A stretch of DNA of 63,764 nucleotides, the filler included, from Actinomycetota bacterium (GTDB taxonomy: Bacteria; Actinomycetota; Actinomycetes; JAKEEW01): the NCBI GenBank assembly GCA_046725875.1. It is 4 parts of 4 records of this genome, joined end to end, with 100 filler letters (N's around TTAATTAATTAA, not from the genome) between each part and the next. Parts side by side here need not be neighbours in the genome. Positions count along the whole stretch, not along the records: positions 1 to 31,977 come from JBKOZJ010000014.1; 3 more parts are not named here. One strand, written 5' to 3'. The translations under genes were made by a program, and so were the position numbers. A model generated the notes under the pieces. It worked only from the letters and a program-made list of their open reading frames with translations, made no database searches and was not told where the DNA came from. Each line of letters starts with the position of its first letter. Position 1 is the stretch's first letter. Below are positions 9,694 to 19,362 of the stretch, piece after piece.

Positions 9694-10748
9694 TGCAGTC
9701 GGCGGCGACCACCGGTCCGGGCATCGCCCAGCTCGCGGCCGCGTTCGATGAGGCGTTGGCGCGTACCCAACTCCAAGAACACCTGCTTCTAATGGGCGGG
9801 CATCAGGTCCTGATCCGCTTCGCCGGTCCTGGTGCCGTCCCATCGATCCTGCCTGCCTTTGCCCACCTGGCTGCCGCGAGGGATCGCAGACCGGAGCTCG
9901 TCGTCGACGTCTGGGATGCTGCATCGACTGGTGTTCCCGCCCCGCCGCATCCAGAGGTGGACCCACACTCACCGCCAGGCGCTTTTTACTACTTCGAGGA
10001 CCCTCCCCTGCGCGGCGTTTACCAGCCGGGCTTTCGGGCCCTCAGCGCGATAGATCTCGGCAGCGATCGTGCATGGTATTGCGTCGCCGACCCAGCTGAC
10101 CTGCCGTACTGGGAACGAGCGGCACCGATCCGGCAGATTCTGCACTGGTGGATGGCCAGCCGTGGCCACCAGCAGGTCCACGCCGGGGCGGTGGGCATGC
10201 CTGACGGGGGCGTCCTCCTCGTCGGAAAGGGCGGTTCGGGGAAGTCAACCTGTTCGCTCATCTCGCTCACCTCCGTCCTGCGCTACGCGGGCGACGACTA
10301 CACGATGGTGAGCATCGGGCGGCGTCCCTGGGTACACAGTCTCTTCAGCTCGGGAAAGGTCCATCCGGAGAATCTTTGGCGCATGCCCCACCTCCGGTCG
10401 GCTTTGTCGAATGGTGATCGCCTCGCGACCGAGAAGGCTGTCGTCTTTGTGGACCAGCATTTCCCCGACCGGCCGATCGACGGGTTTCCGCTGCAGGCCA
10501 TCCTGCTTCCGACGATCACTGGCGGCAGGCACACCCGGACGGTTGAGGTCACTCGAGCGGCCGCTCTCGCGGCATTAGCTCCCAGCACCGTCTTCCAACT
10601 GCATACGGCCGGCCGGGAGGCGCTGCAGTTCATGGCTCGCCTAGTGCGGGACGTACCGGCATATGCGCTCGAGCTCGGCTCCAACGTCTCTGAGGTTCCA
10701 GATGTGATCCTGACCCTACTGGACCGGCTAAGGCAGGATGTGGCATGA
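9693..10748 (+). CDS. HPr kinase-related P-loop kinase
   Basis: VHAGAV, Walker A GKGGSGKST, AGDDY; the GTG start overlaps the PqqD stop (TAGTG). Confidence 0.85.
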   Translation: MQSAATTGPGIAQLAAAFDEALARTQLQEHLLLMGGHQVLIRFAGPGAVPSILPAFAHLAAARDRRPELVVDVWDAASTGVPAPPHPEVDPHSPPGAFYYFEDPPLRGVYQPGFRALSAIDLGSDRAWYCVADPADLPYWERAAPIRQILHWWMASRGHQQVHAGAVGMPDGGVLLVGKGGSGKSTCSLISLTSVLRYAGDDYTMVSIGRRPWVHSLFSSGKVHPENLWRMPHLRSALSNGDRLATEKAVVFVDQHFPDRPIDGFPLQAILLPTITGGRHTRTVEVTRAAALAALAPSTVFQLHTAGREALQFMARLVRDVPAYALELGSNVSEVPDVILTLLDRLRQDVA

Positions 10749-11458
10749 CGAGACCGCTCGTCACTGTAATCGTCGCGGTCCACAATGGAGAGCGATATCT
10801 TCGGCTCGCTCTAGAGAGTCTCTTCGAACAGGATTACGATCCATTCGAAGTCGTATTCGTCGACGACGGTTCGACCGACGATAGCGCCGCCATTGCCCGA
10901 ACCTTCCCGAGTATTCGCTACGTCTACCAGGAAAACCAGGGACTGGCCGCCGCTCGTAACACAGGTCTCTCATTGGCGCGGGGAGAATTTCTCGCTTACC
11001 TTGACGACGACGATCTGATACCGCCACATAAGCTGGGTCGTCAATCCGATTACCTCATAGCCAATCCGGATGTTGGTTGCGTATTAGCGCGCCAGGAGAT
11101 CTTGCTCGAACCAGGCGTCGAGCCTCCGGAATGGCTGAGCCGCGACCCGATCTTCGGCGATCTTGACGGGATCCCGCTCGTGTCTGCGATGATCCGGACC
11201 AAGGTGCTGCGCGAGGTCGGCGGGTTCGACGTGAGTTATCGCTTCGCCGAGGATCGTGATCTGTTCGTACGACTCAGGGAGCACGGCGTGCGGGTGGACG
11301 TCATACCGGAGGTCCTGCTGTTTCGCCGGTTCCATGGCGAGAACATGAACTTCCGCCTGCGGCCTGCCAAACACCCGCTGCTTCGGTCGCTCAAGGCAAA
11401 GATCGATCGCGAGCGGGCGGCCGACAGCGCAGAGGATCGGGGGCATCGTGGGGATTGA
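10745..11458 (+). CDS. Glycosyltransferase family 2
   Basis: VIVAVHNGERYL, VDDGSTD, AARNTG, YLDDDD, AEDRDL; ATGA overlap with the kinase stop. Confidence 0.93.
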   Translation: MTRPLVTVIVAVHNGERYLRLALESLFEQDYDPFEVVFVDDGSTDDSAAIARTFPSIRYVYQENQGLAAARNTGLSLARGEFLAYLDDDDLIPPHKLGRQSDYLIANPDVGCVLARQEILLEPGVEPPEWLSRDPIFGDLDGIPLVSAMIRTKVLREVGGFDVSYRFAEDRDLFVRLREHGVRVDVIPEVLLFRRFHGENMNFRLRPAKHPLLRSLKAKIDRERAADSAEDRGHRGD

Positions 11459-12200
11459 CCGCTGCCTCATCTCCGTCATGATCCCCGTTTACAACGGTGA
11501 GGCGTATCTGGGTGAGGCCATCGACAGCGTACTGGAGCAGTCATACCATCCGATTGAGATCATCGTCGTCGACGATGGCTCGACCGATGGCACGGACAGT
11601 GTCGCACTCGGCTACGCCGGCGACGTTCGCTACGAACGACAGCCGCGGGCTGGTAACGGCGCCGCCCGCAACCGAGCCGTCCAGTTGGCGAACGGCGATC
11701 TTTTTGCCTTCCTCGACGCCGACGACCGCCTCGTGCCCGGTTCGCTCGAGCGACTGGCGCGCGTGCTTGAGGAGGACCAGTCTCTGCAGGCCGTGTACGG
11801 GCACGTACGGGAGTTCGTGAGCCCGGACATCGATGCCGAGGACCTTGCCCGGCTGCGAGCACCAATCGCAAGGATCGCTGGCTGCCTGCCGACCAACATG
11901 CTGATGCGTCGCGACGCCTTCCGCCGGGTCGGTCGGTTCGCTACGCATCTGCGGGTTGGGGTCACAGTCGACTGGGCGGCGCGAGCGGACGAGATTGGAC
12001 TGCGCAAGATCCTCCTCGACGACGTGTTGTTCGAGCGGCGGCTCCACGGCGACAACAACGGCATCCGGGAGCGAGAGCATCGCAGTCACTACATCCAGGT
12101 CGTCAAGGCCGCCCTCGACCGACGTCGGGCCCTGCAACAGTCGGGATCTGCCCGGACCCTAGACGATGCGGCCTCGTCGCAGCCACAAGAGCGGGACTGA
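11448..12200 (+). CDS. Glycosyltransferase family 2
   Basis: VMIPVYNGEAYL, VDDGSTD, AARNRA, FLDADD. Confidence 0.93.
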   Translation: MGIDRCLISVMIPVYNGEAYLGEAIDSVLEQSYHPIEIIVVDDGSTDGTDSVALGYAGDVRYERQPRAGNGAARNRAVQLANGDLFAFLDADDRLVPGSLERLARVLEEDQSLQAVYGHVREFVSPDIDAEDLARLRAPIARIAGCLPTNMLMRRDAFRRVGRFATHLRVGVTVDWAARADEIGLRKILLDDVLFERRLHGDNNGIREREHRSHYIQVVKAALDRRRALQQSGSARTLDDAASSQPQERD

Positions 12201-12201
12201 T

Positions 12202-13377
12202 ATGAAACGGGCCGGTTTCACCGGTGACATCTGGCCGGATGAGACACAGGAATTACTTCTGCGCTCCGCGCTTCTGCCAGGCCCGGCCGGAACAGCCGCC
12301 TGGTCCGCGCTCCGCCCCAGCATTGACATCGACCATCTGCCAGGTGAGCTCCATCGCCTCATCCCTCTTCTCTCCAAGTCCCTTGCTTCGCATGGGATCA
12401 ACGATCCGGACCTTCCGCGCTTGAAGGGCGTCTACCAGTTCTCCTGGTATCGCAATCAGCGCCTCTTCGCCGACGGCGCAGCATTCCTGGGAGCGTTGGA
12501 CGCTGCTGGGGTTCCCACGATGCTTCTCCGGGGCGCCGCAATGACCATCGCTTATCACGGCGATGTGGGTACGCGACCGATGAACGACCTCGACGTCCTG
12601 CTGCCGGCCGACCAGCTAGACAAGGGTCGGCGTGTAGCGGAGGCCATAGGCTGGTCGCGTTATGCGGAATCCAGGACGCTCGAGCAGCGCGAGGCCGCGA
12701 CGATTCTCAGGAACCAGGACGGGCGCCTGATGCGGCTCCACTGGTCGGCGAGCCGCAATGTGCCGACGCCGGTGGGATTGGAGCACCCAATATGGAGGCG
12801 GGCAACCCAAATCCAGTTCGGCAATACCATCACATGTGTGCCGGGCTCCGCCGACCACTTCGTCTATGCCTGCCTGGACGGGGCACGAGCCAACTCCGGG
12901 TCGACGTTGCGGTGGATCACGGACGCCACTGTCCTCCTGCGTTCGGCGCGTGACCTCGACTGGGACGTCGTAGTGGGGGAGGCGCGTCGACACCGCGTCT
13001 CGCTACTAATCTCCGAGGCGCTGCGCTATCTGGTCGATGTACTCGACGCAGAGGTCCCGAGCGGTCCGATCGAGGCGCTACGCGCGACTCCGGCGACAGC
13101 CCGCGACCGGATCGCCCACCGCCTCAGCCTGACAACGAGTCCTGGTCTCCCTTCTGCCGCCGAGCTACTCGGCCGGTTCACTCGCCTCACCGCTGACCTT
13201 CCGCTGTCGGCGGCGGTCGGTACGCTGCCCGCTTTCCTTCAGACCACGCTCGGAGTGCCACGCCGCCGGGACGTGCCGATAGCCATCGCCCGGAAAGCGA
13301 TTAAGGCCGTGGCGTCCCCCCCGCGTTCGCTCGCGGAGCTCTCGAGGGCCGGACCACCTAGGTCGGGCAGGAAATAG
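12202..13377 (+). CDS. Nucleotidyltransferase (NTP_transf_5-like), copy 1
   Basis: LLRGAA, RPMNDLDVLL, RLHW, RWITDA. Confidence 0.85.
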   Translation: MKRAGFTGDIWPDETQELLLRSALLPGPAGTAAWSALRPSIDIDHLPGELHRLIPLLSKSLASHGINDPDLPRLKGVYQFSWYRNQRLFADGAAFLGALDAAGVPTMLLRGAAMTIAYHGDVGTRPMNDLDVLLPADQLDKGRRVAEAIGWSRYAESRTLEQREAATILRNQDGRLMRLHWSASRNVPTPVGLEHPIWRRATQIQFGNTITCVPGSADHFVYACLDGARANSGSTLRWITDATVLLRSARDLDWDVVVGEARRHRVSLLISEALRYLVDVLDAEVPSGPIEALRATPATARDRIAHRLSLTTSPGLPSAAELLGRFTRLTADLPLSAAVGTLPAFLQTTLGVPRRRDVPIAIARKAIKAVASPPRSLAELSRAGPPRSGRK

Positions 13378-13378
13378 C

Positions 13379-14611
13379 GTGCGGCAGCAGATCGGCACGG
13401 TTGGTCCGCACCCCGCCTTGATCGAGGTCGCGGCTGGTCGCGGCCTGCCGGTCGTGCCTGATCCGCTGCCGCTGGTGCGCTCGGCGCTCGCGCATGGCAT
13501 GGGGGGTCTCCTCCTCACTGAGGTGGAACAAACGGGCCAGCCATGGCATCGGCTTACCCTGGCTGCGCTCACCGCCAGGCAGGCAAAGGTTCGGGCCTGG
13601 CACGAGCGGCTGTGGGATACCTCGACCCGCATCGCCGCCGTCTTTGACGATCTCGCTGTCGAGGTAGCTATCGCGAAGGGAGTCGCGGCGGAGACACGGT
13701 GGTACACCCGGATGGGTGAGCGGCCGTGCAGCGACATCGATCTCCTCCTGTCGCCGGCACACGTCGCTCGCATCGACGACGTGGTGGCCGCGATCGAGCC
13801 GCGGCACCCACTTTGTGGAAAGGTCCGCCGACTGGCCGAGCGCGGACTCCTCCAATCGATCGATCTCGAGTACGACGGCGTTCCTATCGACTTGCACTGG
13901 GACATCTTCAAGCTTGGGGTTCCGTCACGGAACGTAGAGGCGATCTGGGACCGGACGGTGCCATTCGCTCTCCGCGACGGCCGCTCGATTCGGGCGCTCG
14001 ACGCCACATCGTCCTACATCCACTTCCTCATCCATCTGAACAAGGATCGCTTCAGGCGACTGCTGGGATTTGTCGACGCGGCTCGGGTATATGCGAGCGA
14101 TCAGGTGGATCATTCCGCCGTCGATCGGCTGATTCGGGCCGACGGGATCGAGACCAGCGTCAGCGCCTCCTGGGAGGTCGTGATTCGCACACTCGACCTG
14201 TCCGTTCCGAACCAGATCAAGCGCCAGCCGGTCAGGTCCCTCATATGGCATCTTGCCTGGCGTCCATCGGTTAGGCTGCGTGCGGCCGAGTCGACCGTCC
14301 GCTTTCGCCATCGCCAATGGCTGATTGCAGCGCTAAGCCGGGGCAGGGCTATGGAGGCGGCTAGGTCCTGGATACGGGGACGGTTCCCACCAGGCGAGCT
14401 GTTGGCTTATGTCCATTCTGGCTATGCGACCCGCTGGGGGGGCGAGCCGGTATCGACCTCCCGCCGATCCCGTATCTGGTCACTGACCGTGGGCCGCCTG
14501 ATGGCGGCGCTTGGCAGACGGCGACACCTTGCTCAGGTGACCGGCCCTGCCGGGACCAGACGGCCGGGAGCAGACGATGGGAGGCCGCGCCGCAGCCGAG
14601 GCGCACCGTAG
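13379..14611 (+). CDS. Nucleotidyltransferase (NTP_transf_5-like), copy 2
   Basis: IAKGVA, RPCSDIDLLL, IDLHW, LLGFVDA. Confidence 0.85.
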   Translation: MRQQIGTVGPHPALIEVAAGRGLPVVPDPLPLVRSALAHGMGGLLLTEVEQTGQPWHRLTLAALTARQAKVRAWHERLWDTSTRIAAVFDDLAVEVAIAKGVAAETRWYTRMGERPCSDIDLLLSPAHVARIDDVVAAIEPRHPLCGKVRRLAERGLLQSIDLEYDGVPIDLHWDIFKLGVPSRNVEAIWDRTVPFALRDGRSIRALDATSSYIHFLIHLNKDRFRRLLGFVDAARVYASDQVDHSAVDRLIRADGIETSVSASWEVVIRTLDLSVPNQIKRQPVRSLIWHLAWRPSVRLRAAESTVRFRHRQWLIAALSRGRAMEAARSWIRGRFPPGELLAYVHSGYATRWGGEPVSTSRRSRIWSLTVGRLMAALGRRRHLAQVTGPAGTRRPGADDGRPRRSRGAP

Positions 14612-14669
14612 CGGCCGCGGCAAACGCCTCAGAGCAGCACAGGGGTGAGCGCAAGGATTACCGCGCACT

Positions 14670-15461
14670 CTAGAGAACGGCCGCGAGGTGCGCCAGAAGC
14701 AAGTCACCGAGCTCGTGTCGGCACACAAGCAAGTCCGGTAGAGCGGGGTTCACCTGGTTATAGGAAAGCTCGGAGGCATCGATCCGGGAGACGTGAAGAC
14801 CGGCGGCGAGGGCGACGGCAACCGGGGCAGCAGAGTCCCATTCGTACTGACCGCCGGCATGGATGTAGGCGTCTGCCGCGCCAGTGATCACTGCACCGAC
14901 TTTGGCGCCGGCCGAACCCATTGGGACAAGCTCGGCGCCGAGTTCGCCCGCGACGGCCTCGATGAACCGGGGCGGTCGGGTGCGGCTGACGGTTATCCGC
15001 AACAGTCGCTCGGGTTCGCGCCGCGGTGCAATCTGGGGCGGGCCAGCGGTCGAAAGGGTGAGTCCTTGCGCCGGCAGGGCAACCGCTCCCGCCACGAGTC
15101 CGCCCTCGTGCGCTCCTGCCGGCATCGCGGAATGGCCCTCGAAGCCGCCCCGTACCCAGAGCGCAACATGGACGGCCCAATCGGTGCGCCCGGACTCGCC
15201 GTACTCGCGCGTCCCATCCAGCGGATCGATGATCCATACACGGTCGGCTGTGAGCCGGCGCGGATCGTCCTTGCCTTCTTCAGACAGGATCGCGTCCCGG
15301 GGGCGGGCCGCGGCCAGTTCGGCCATCAAGAGCTCGTGCGACTCGCGATCCCCGGCCTTGCCAAGATCCTCCACGTCATCCCGTTGGCGCAGGGCGAGCA
15401 AGCGACGCCCAGCCTCCGCGGCCAGGTCGCATGCGAGCAGATGATCTTCACGACGGGGCAT
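14670..15461 (-). CDS. cysQ: 3'(2'),5'-bisphosphate nucleotidase CysQ
   Basis: [28 protein letters not shown]; lies directly downstream of cysDN. Confidence 0.92.
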   Translation of the reverse strand: MPRREDHLLACDLAAEAGRRLLALRQRDDVEDLGKAGDRESHELLMAELAAARPRDAILSEEGKDDPRRLTADRVWIIDPLDGTREYGESGRTDWAVHVALWVRGGFEGHSAMPAGAHEGGLVAGAVALPAQGLTLSTAGPPQIAPRREPERLLRITVSRTRPPRFIEAVAGELGAELVPMGSAGAKVGAVITGAADAYIHAGGQYEWDSAAPVAVALAAGLHVSRIDASELSYNQVNPALPDLLVCRHELGDLLLAHLAAVL

Positions 15462-15526
15462 CGCGACAGCCTAACCTCCGAGCGCCCAGCCAGCGTGCCG
15501 GACACACCAGAGACCAGCTAAGGCTA

Positions 15527-16858
15527 CTAACCGATGATCATGCCGGCGGCGACTGTGCCGTTGGTGACCTCGTCGATGAGGATGAATCCGCCGGTCTGGC
15601 GATTCCGGGAGTACGCGTCGGAAAGCAGCGGCTGGGTAGTCCGCAGCCGGATTCGCCCGATGTCGTTCAACCCAAGCTGGGTGACGCTCTCCTCGCGATG
15701 GAGGGTGTTGACGTCAAGCCGGTAGGCGAACTCCTTGACCAGTGCTCGCACGGAACGAGTGGTGTGCTTGAGCACATACTTTCCGCCCGCCGTGAGCACC
15801 CGCCGGTCGTCCATCCAGCACACCATCGCGTCGATGTCTTGGATGACATCCGGCTGGTTGCCGGGCCGGCAGATCATGTCGCCGCGCGAGATGTCGATTT
15901 CATCGTCGAGCCGCAACACGACCGACATCGGCGGGTACGCTTCCTCGACCGGCCCATCGGCCGTGTCGATGCCGACGATCCGACTGGTGTAGCCAGATGG
16001 GAGCAACAAGACCTCGTCGCCCGGTTTCAGCACACCGCCCGCCACCGTGCCCGCATAGCCGCGATAGTCCGGAAACGCCGAGGACTTCGGTCGGATGACG
16101 TACTGCACCGGAAAGCGCACGTCAACCAGGTTCCGGTCTGAGGTGATGTGTACCTGTTCCAGATGCGACAGCAGCGACGGGCCCTCGTACCAGGGCATGT
16201 TCGCGGATCCGTCGACCACGTTGTCGCCGTGCAGCGCGCTGATCGGAATGACGGCGAGGTCGGGCACGGCGAGTCGGGCCGCAAAGCTCTCGAACTCCGC
16301 GCTGATCTCCTCGAAGACCTCGGGCGACCAGCCGACCAGATCCATCTTGTTGATACAGAGCACGATGTGCGGCACCCGCAGCAGCGAAACCAGGAAGGCG
16401 TGCCGGCGGCTCTGCTCGACCAGGCCCTTCCGCGCGTCCACCAGGATGATCGCAAGGTCGGCGGTAGATGCGCCGGTGACCATGTTGCGGGTGTACTGCT
16501 GGTGCCCGGGGGTGTCAGCGATGATGAACTTCCGCCGCGGGGTGGCGAAATACCGGTACGCGACATCGATCGTGATGCCTTGCTCCCGCTCCGCGCGCAG
16601 GCCGTCGGTGAGCAGCGCCAGGTCCGTGTAGTCGTCGCCGCGCTCCCGGCTGGTTCGTTCCACCGCGTCGAGCTGGTCCTCGAAGATCGACTTCGAGTCG
16701 TACAGTAGCCGGCCGATCAGCGTGCTCTTGCCGTCGTCGACCGAGCCCGCCGTCGCGAAGCGCAGGATGTCGTGGCGCCGCCCCCAGCGGCCGGACTCGA
16801 CCGGGTCAGCGGACACCGAAAAGTCGGACAGCTCCGACGAGCCAGGCAGCAGGGTCAT
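15527..16858 (-). CDS. cysN: Sulfate adenylyltransferase subunit 1, without a fused APS kinase
   Basis: TAGSVDDGKSTLIGRLL, AEREQGITIDVAYRYF, DTPGH, NKMD; ends at VAAGMIIG. Confidence 0.96.
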   Translation of the reverse strand: MTLLPGSSELSDFSVSADPVESGRWGRRHDILRFATAGSVDDGKSTLIGRLLYDSKSIFEDQLDAVERTSRERGDDYTDLALLTDGLRAEREQGITIDVAYRYFATPRRKFIIADTPGHQQYTRNMVTGASTADLAIILVDARKGLVEQSRRHAFLVSLLRVPHIVLCINKMDLVGWSPEVFEEISAEFESFAARLAVPDLAVIPISALHGDNVVDGSANMPWYEGPSLLSHLEQVHITSDRNLVDVRFPVQYVIRPKSSAFPDYRGYAGTVAGGVLKPGDEVLLLPSGYTSRIVGIDTADGPVEEAYPPMSVVLRLDDEIDISRGDMICRPGNQPDVIQDIDAMVCWMDDRRVLTAGGKYVLKHTTRSVRALVKEFAYRLDVNTLHREESVTQLGLNDIGRIRLRTTQPLLSDAYSRNRQTGGFILIDEVTNGTVAAGMIIG

Positions 16859-17766
16859 CAGAAGTAGCCCTCCCGCTTGCGGTCCTCCATTGCTGCCTCG
16901 GACGTTCGGTCGTCCGCCCTGGTTGCCCCGCGTTCGGTGATCCGCGTCGCGGCAACCTCCTGGATCACCTCGGCGATGGTCGACGCGGACGAGAGCACGG
17001 CACCTGTGCAGGACATGTCCCCGACCGTCCGAAACCGCACCATGCTCGTCGAGACCGGCTCACCCTCCCGCGGGCGCACATGCTCACCGACCGCCAGCAG
17101 CATGCCGTCGCGTTCGACGACCTCCCGCTGATGCGCGAAGTAGATCCGCGGCAGCTCGATCCCCTCGCGCTCGATGTACTGCCAGATGTCCAGCTCGGTC
17201 CAGTTGGACAACGGGAAAACCCGGATGTGTTCGCCCGGATGGATCCGTCCGTTATAGATGTCCCATAGCTCCGGCCGCTGGTTCTTTGGGTCCCACTGTC
17301 CAAACTCATCCCGGAATGAGAAGAACCGCTCCTTCGCTCGGGCCTTCTCCTCGTCCCGGCGGGCGCCGCCGAAGAGCGCATCGAACCTGTACCCCTCGAT
17401 CGCCTCGAGCAGCACGGGCGTCTGCAGCCGGTTGCGGCCGGCCGGATCCCGGGACTCCGCGAGCCGGCCGGCGCGGATCGCCTCGTCTACGGAGGCCACG
17501 ACCAGCCGGACCCCAAGGTCCCGCACCCGCCCGTCACGGAAGTCCAGGACTTCAGGGAAGTTGTGACCGGTGTCCACATGCAGCACTGCGAACGGGATCG
17601 GCGCCGGCCAGAACGCCTTTGCCGCGACATGCAGCAGCACGGCCGAGTCCTTGCCACCGGAGAAGAGCAGTGCCGGGCGCTCGAACTCGGCGGCCACCTC
17701 CCGGATCACATGGATGGCCTCCGACTCGAGCACGTCCAGCTGACTGAGCCGATAGTCAATGCGCAC
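16858..17766 (-). CDS. cysD: Sulfate adenylyltransferase subunit 2
   Basis: LFSGGKDS, DTGHNFPE, GGARRDEEKARAKER, MEDRKREGYF. Confidence 0.96.
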   Translation of the reverse strand: MRIDYRLSQLDVLESEAIHVIREVAAEFERPALLFSGGKDSAVLLHVAAKAFWPAPIPFAVLHVDTGHNFPEVLDFRDGRVRDLGVRLVVASVDEAIRAGRLAESRDPAGRNRLQTPVLLEAIEGYRFDALFGGARRDEEKARAKERFFSFRDEFGQWDPKNQRPELWDIYNGRIHPGEHIRVFPLSNWTELDIWQYIEREGIELPRIYFAHQREVVERDGMLLAVGEHVRPREGEPVSTSMVRFRTVGDMSCTGAVLSSASTIAEVIQEVAATRITERGATRADDRTSEAAMEDRKREGYF

Positions 17767-17994
17767 CTGATCCCCGATCCGAGCTAATTCTGGTCGCGTC
17801 GCCGCACGAGGCTCGATCCCGCTGCTCACCCCGCCGTGGCGGTGACGCGCAAGTCCCCGATAGTACGGGGGAGCCCACAGGCGCGGAAATCGTACGGCAA
17901 CGGGCCCGGCAAGTATGGCCGAACGCGAGCGTTTCCGGCTACGCATAGTAAGAACGGGCGCGAAAGGATAATGGGCGTAGTCGGTGGGAGTCCA

Positions 17995-19362
17995 CTAGTC
18001 GCGCGCCGCCACCACCGCACGCTCCACCGCGACCGCGGCCGGGAGGACGAGACGGACAACCAAGCCACCCTCGGGGCGTGGCTCGGCGGTGATCTCACCA
18101 TTGTGCGCACGGACTATCGAGCGAACGATCGACAGACCCAAGCCGAGTCCACGGTTGCCGGTCGTGCGTTCCTCCTGGAGCCGCCGGAACGGCTCGAATA
18201 TCGACTCGACCTCGTAGGACGGCACCACCGGACCACTGTTCGTGACAACAAGACCCTCGGGTCCGGTCGTTAGCTGGACCCAGCCTCCCGGCTCGTTGTG
18301 CCTGATGCCGTTCTGCACCAGGTTCTGCACCAGGCGCTCCAGAAGGACTGGGTCGCCGTCGACCGTGACGGTATCGAACCGATGCCGCACGTCGACGCCG
18401 GCTGACCGCGCCTCGTCGGCGAGCAGTCCCACGACATGTTCCCCGATCTCCGCCATATCTACGGGTTTGCGTTCCACGAGCTCATTGTCTGAGCGCGCAA
18501 GCAGGAGCAAACCCTCGATCAGCCGCTGGCTGCGGTCATTGGTGGCAAGCAGGGTGCGGGCGAGCTGGCGGGTGTCTCCGGAGGCCTCTGGATCCGTGAG
18601 CGCAACCTCCAGGACCGTCCGGTTGATGGCGAGCGGTGTACGCAGCTCGTGCGACGCGTTATCGACGAAGCGACGCTGCCCGGCGAACGACTCGTCCAGG
18701 CGCTCCAGCATGTCGTCGAAGGTGTCGGCGAGCTCCTTGAGCTCGTCCGCCGGTCCGTCGAGCGCGATGCGCTCGTGCAGTCCGCGACCAGAGCTTGCCG
18801 CGACCCGGCGCGCGGTCGCGGTCATGTCGTTGATCGGCCGAAGCACCCGACCGGCCATCAGCCACCCGAAGCCGACCGCGCCGAGGCCGATCAGTGCTAT
18901 CGCTCCGCCCGACTGCCTGAGCAGCGACTGCAGCGCCTCGTTCCGCCGGTCCTCCTCGGCCTGCCGAACCCGCTCCTGGAAGTCGGTGATGGCTGCGTTG
19001 AAGGCCTTCGAAAAGTCGCGACATGCGACGGTGGAGGTGACTCCGGTGAAGGGGTTCTGGAACGGCACCATCTGGTTGGGGTTCTGGGTGGGACCACAAG
19101 TCGGGGAGAACGCAAGCACCTCCTCCGGGCCTCGTATCATTGTCCCTGCGACCCCCGCGCGCAGTACCTTGGGCTGGTTGCCCTCCAGACTGTTCCTGAC
19201 GAAGTAGTACGTGACTGCGAGAATCACGAGTCCGGCGAGAAAGAACATCCCGCCATACCAGAGGGTGAGGCGCGCCCGCAGCGACGGCGTCGACCCGGTG
19301 GATGGCCATTTGATCAGGCGCCGACGACCCGGCTCGGCGCTCGCGCTGGGCCGTGTGCTCAT
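17995..19362 (-). CDS. HAMP sensor histidine kinase (CutS-like)
   Basis: Two TM helices, HAMP domain, NASHELRTPL H-box, NLVQNG, GLGLGLSIV; two Cys in the extracytoplasmic loop. Confidence 0.93.
   Translation of the reverse strand: MSTRPSASAEPGRRRLIKWPSTGSTPSLRARLTLWYGGMFFLAGLVILAVTYYFVRNSLEGNQPKVLRAGVAGTMIRGPEEVLAFSPTCGPTQNPNQMVPFQNPFTGVTSTVACRDFSKAFNAAITDFQERVRQAEEDRRNEALQSLLRQSGGAIALIGLGAVGFGWLMAGRVLRPINDMTATARRVAASSGRGLHERIALDGPADELKELADTFDDMLERLDESFAGQRRFVDNASHELRTPLAINRTVLEVALTDPEASGDTRQLARTLLATNDRSQRLIEGLLLLARSDNELVERKPVDMAEIGEHVVGLLADEARSAGVDVRHRFDTVTVDGDPVLLERLVQNLVQNGIRHNEPGGWVQLTTGPEGLVVTNSGPVVPSYEVESIFEPFRRLQEERTTGNRGLGLGLSIVRSIVRAHNGEITAEPRPEGGLVVRLVLPAAVAVERAVVAARD

Noticed and set aside
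1200..17995. Stand-alone lasso/RiPP precursor ORF near the RRE cassette
   Set aside because: I found no short ORF with a YxxPxL..T leader in the intergenic gaps by eye; a systematic small-ORF scan is still advisable
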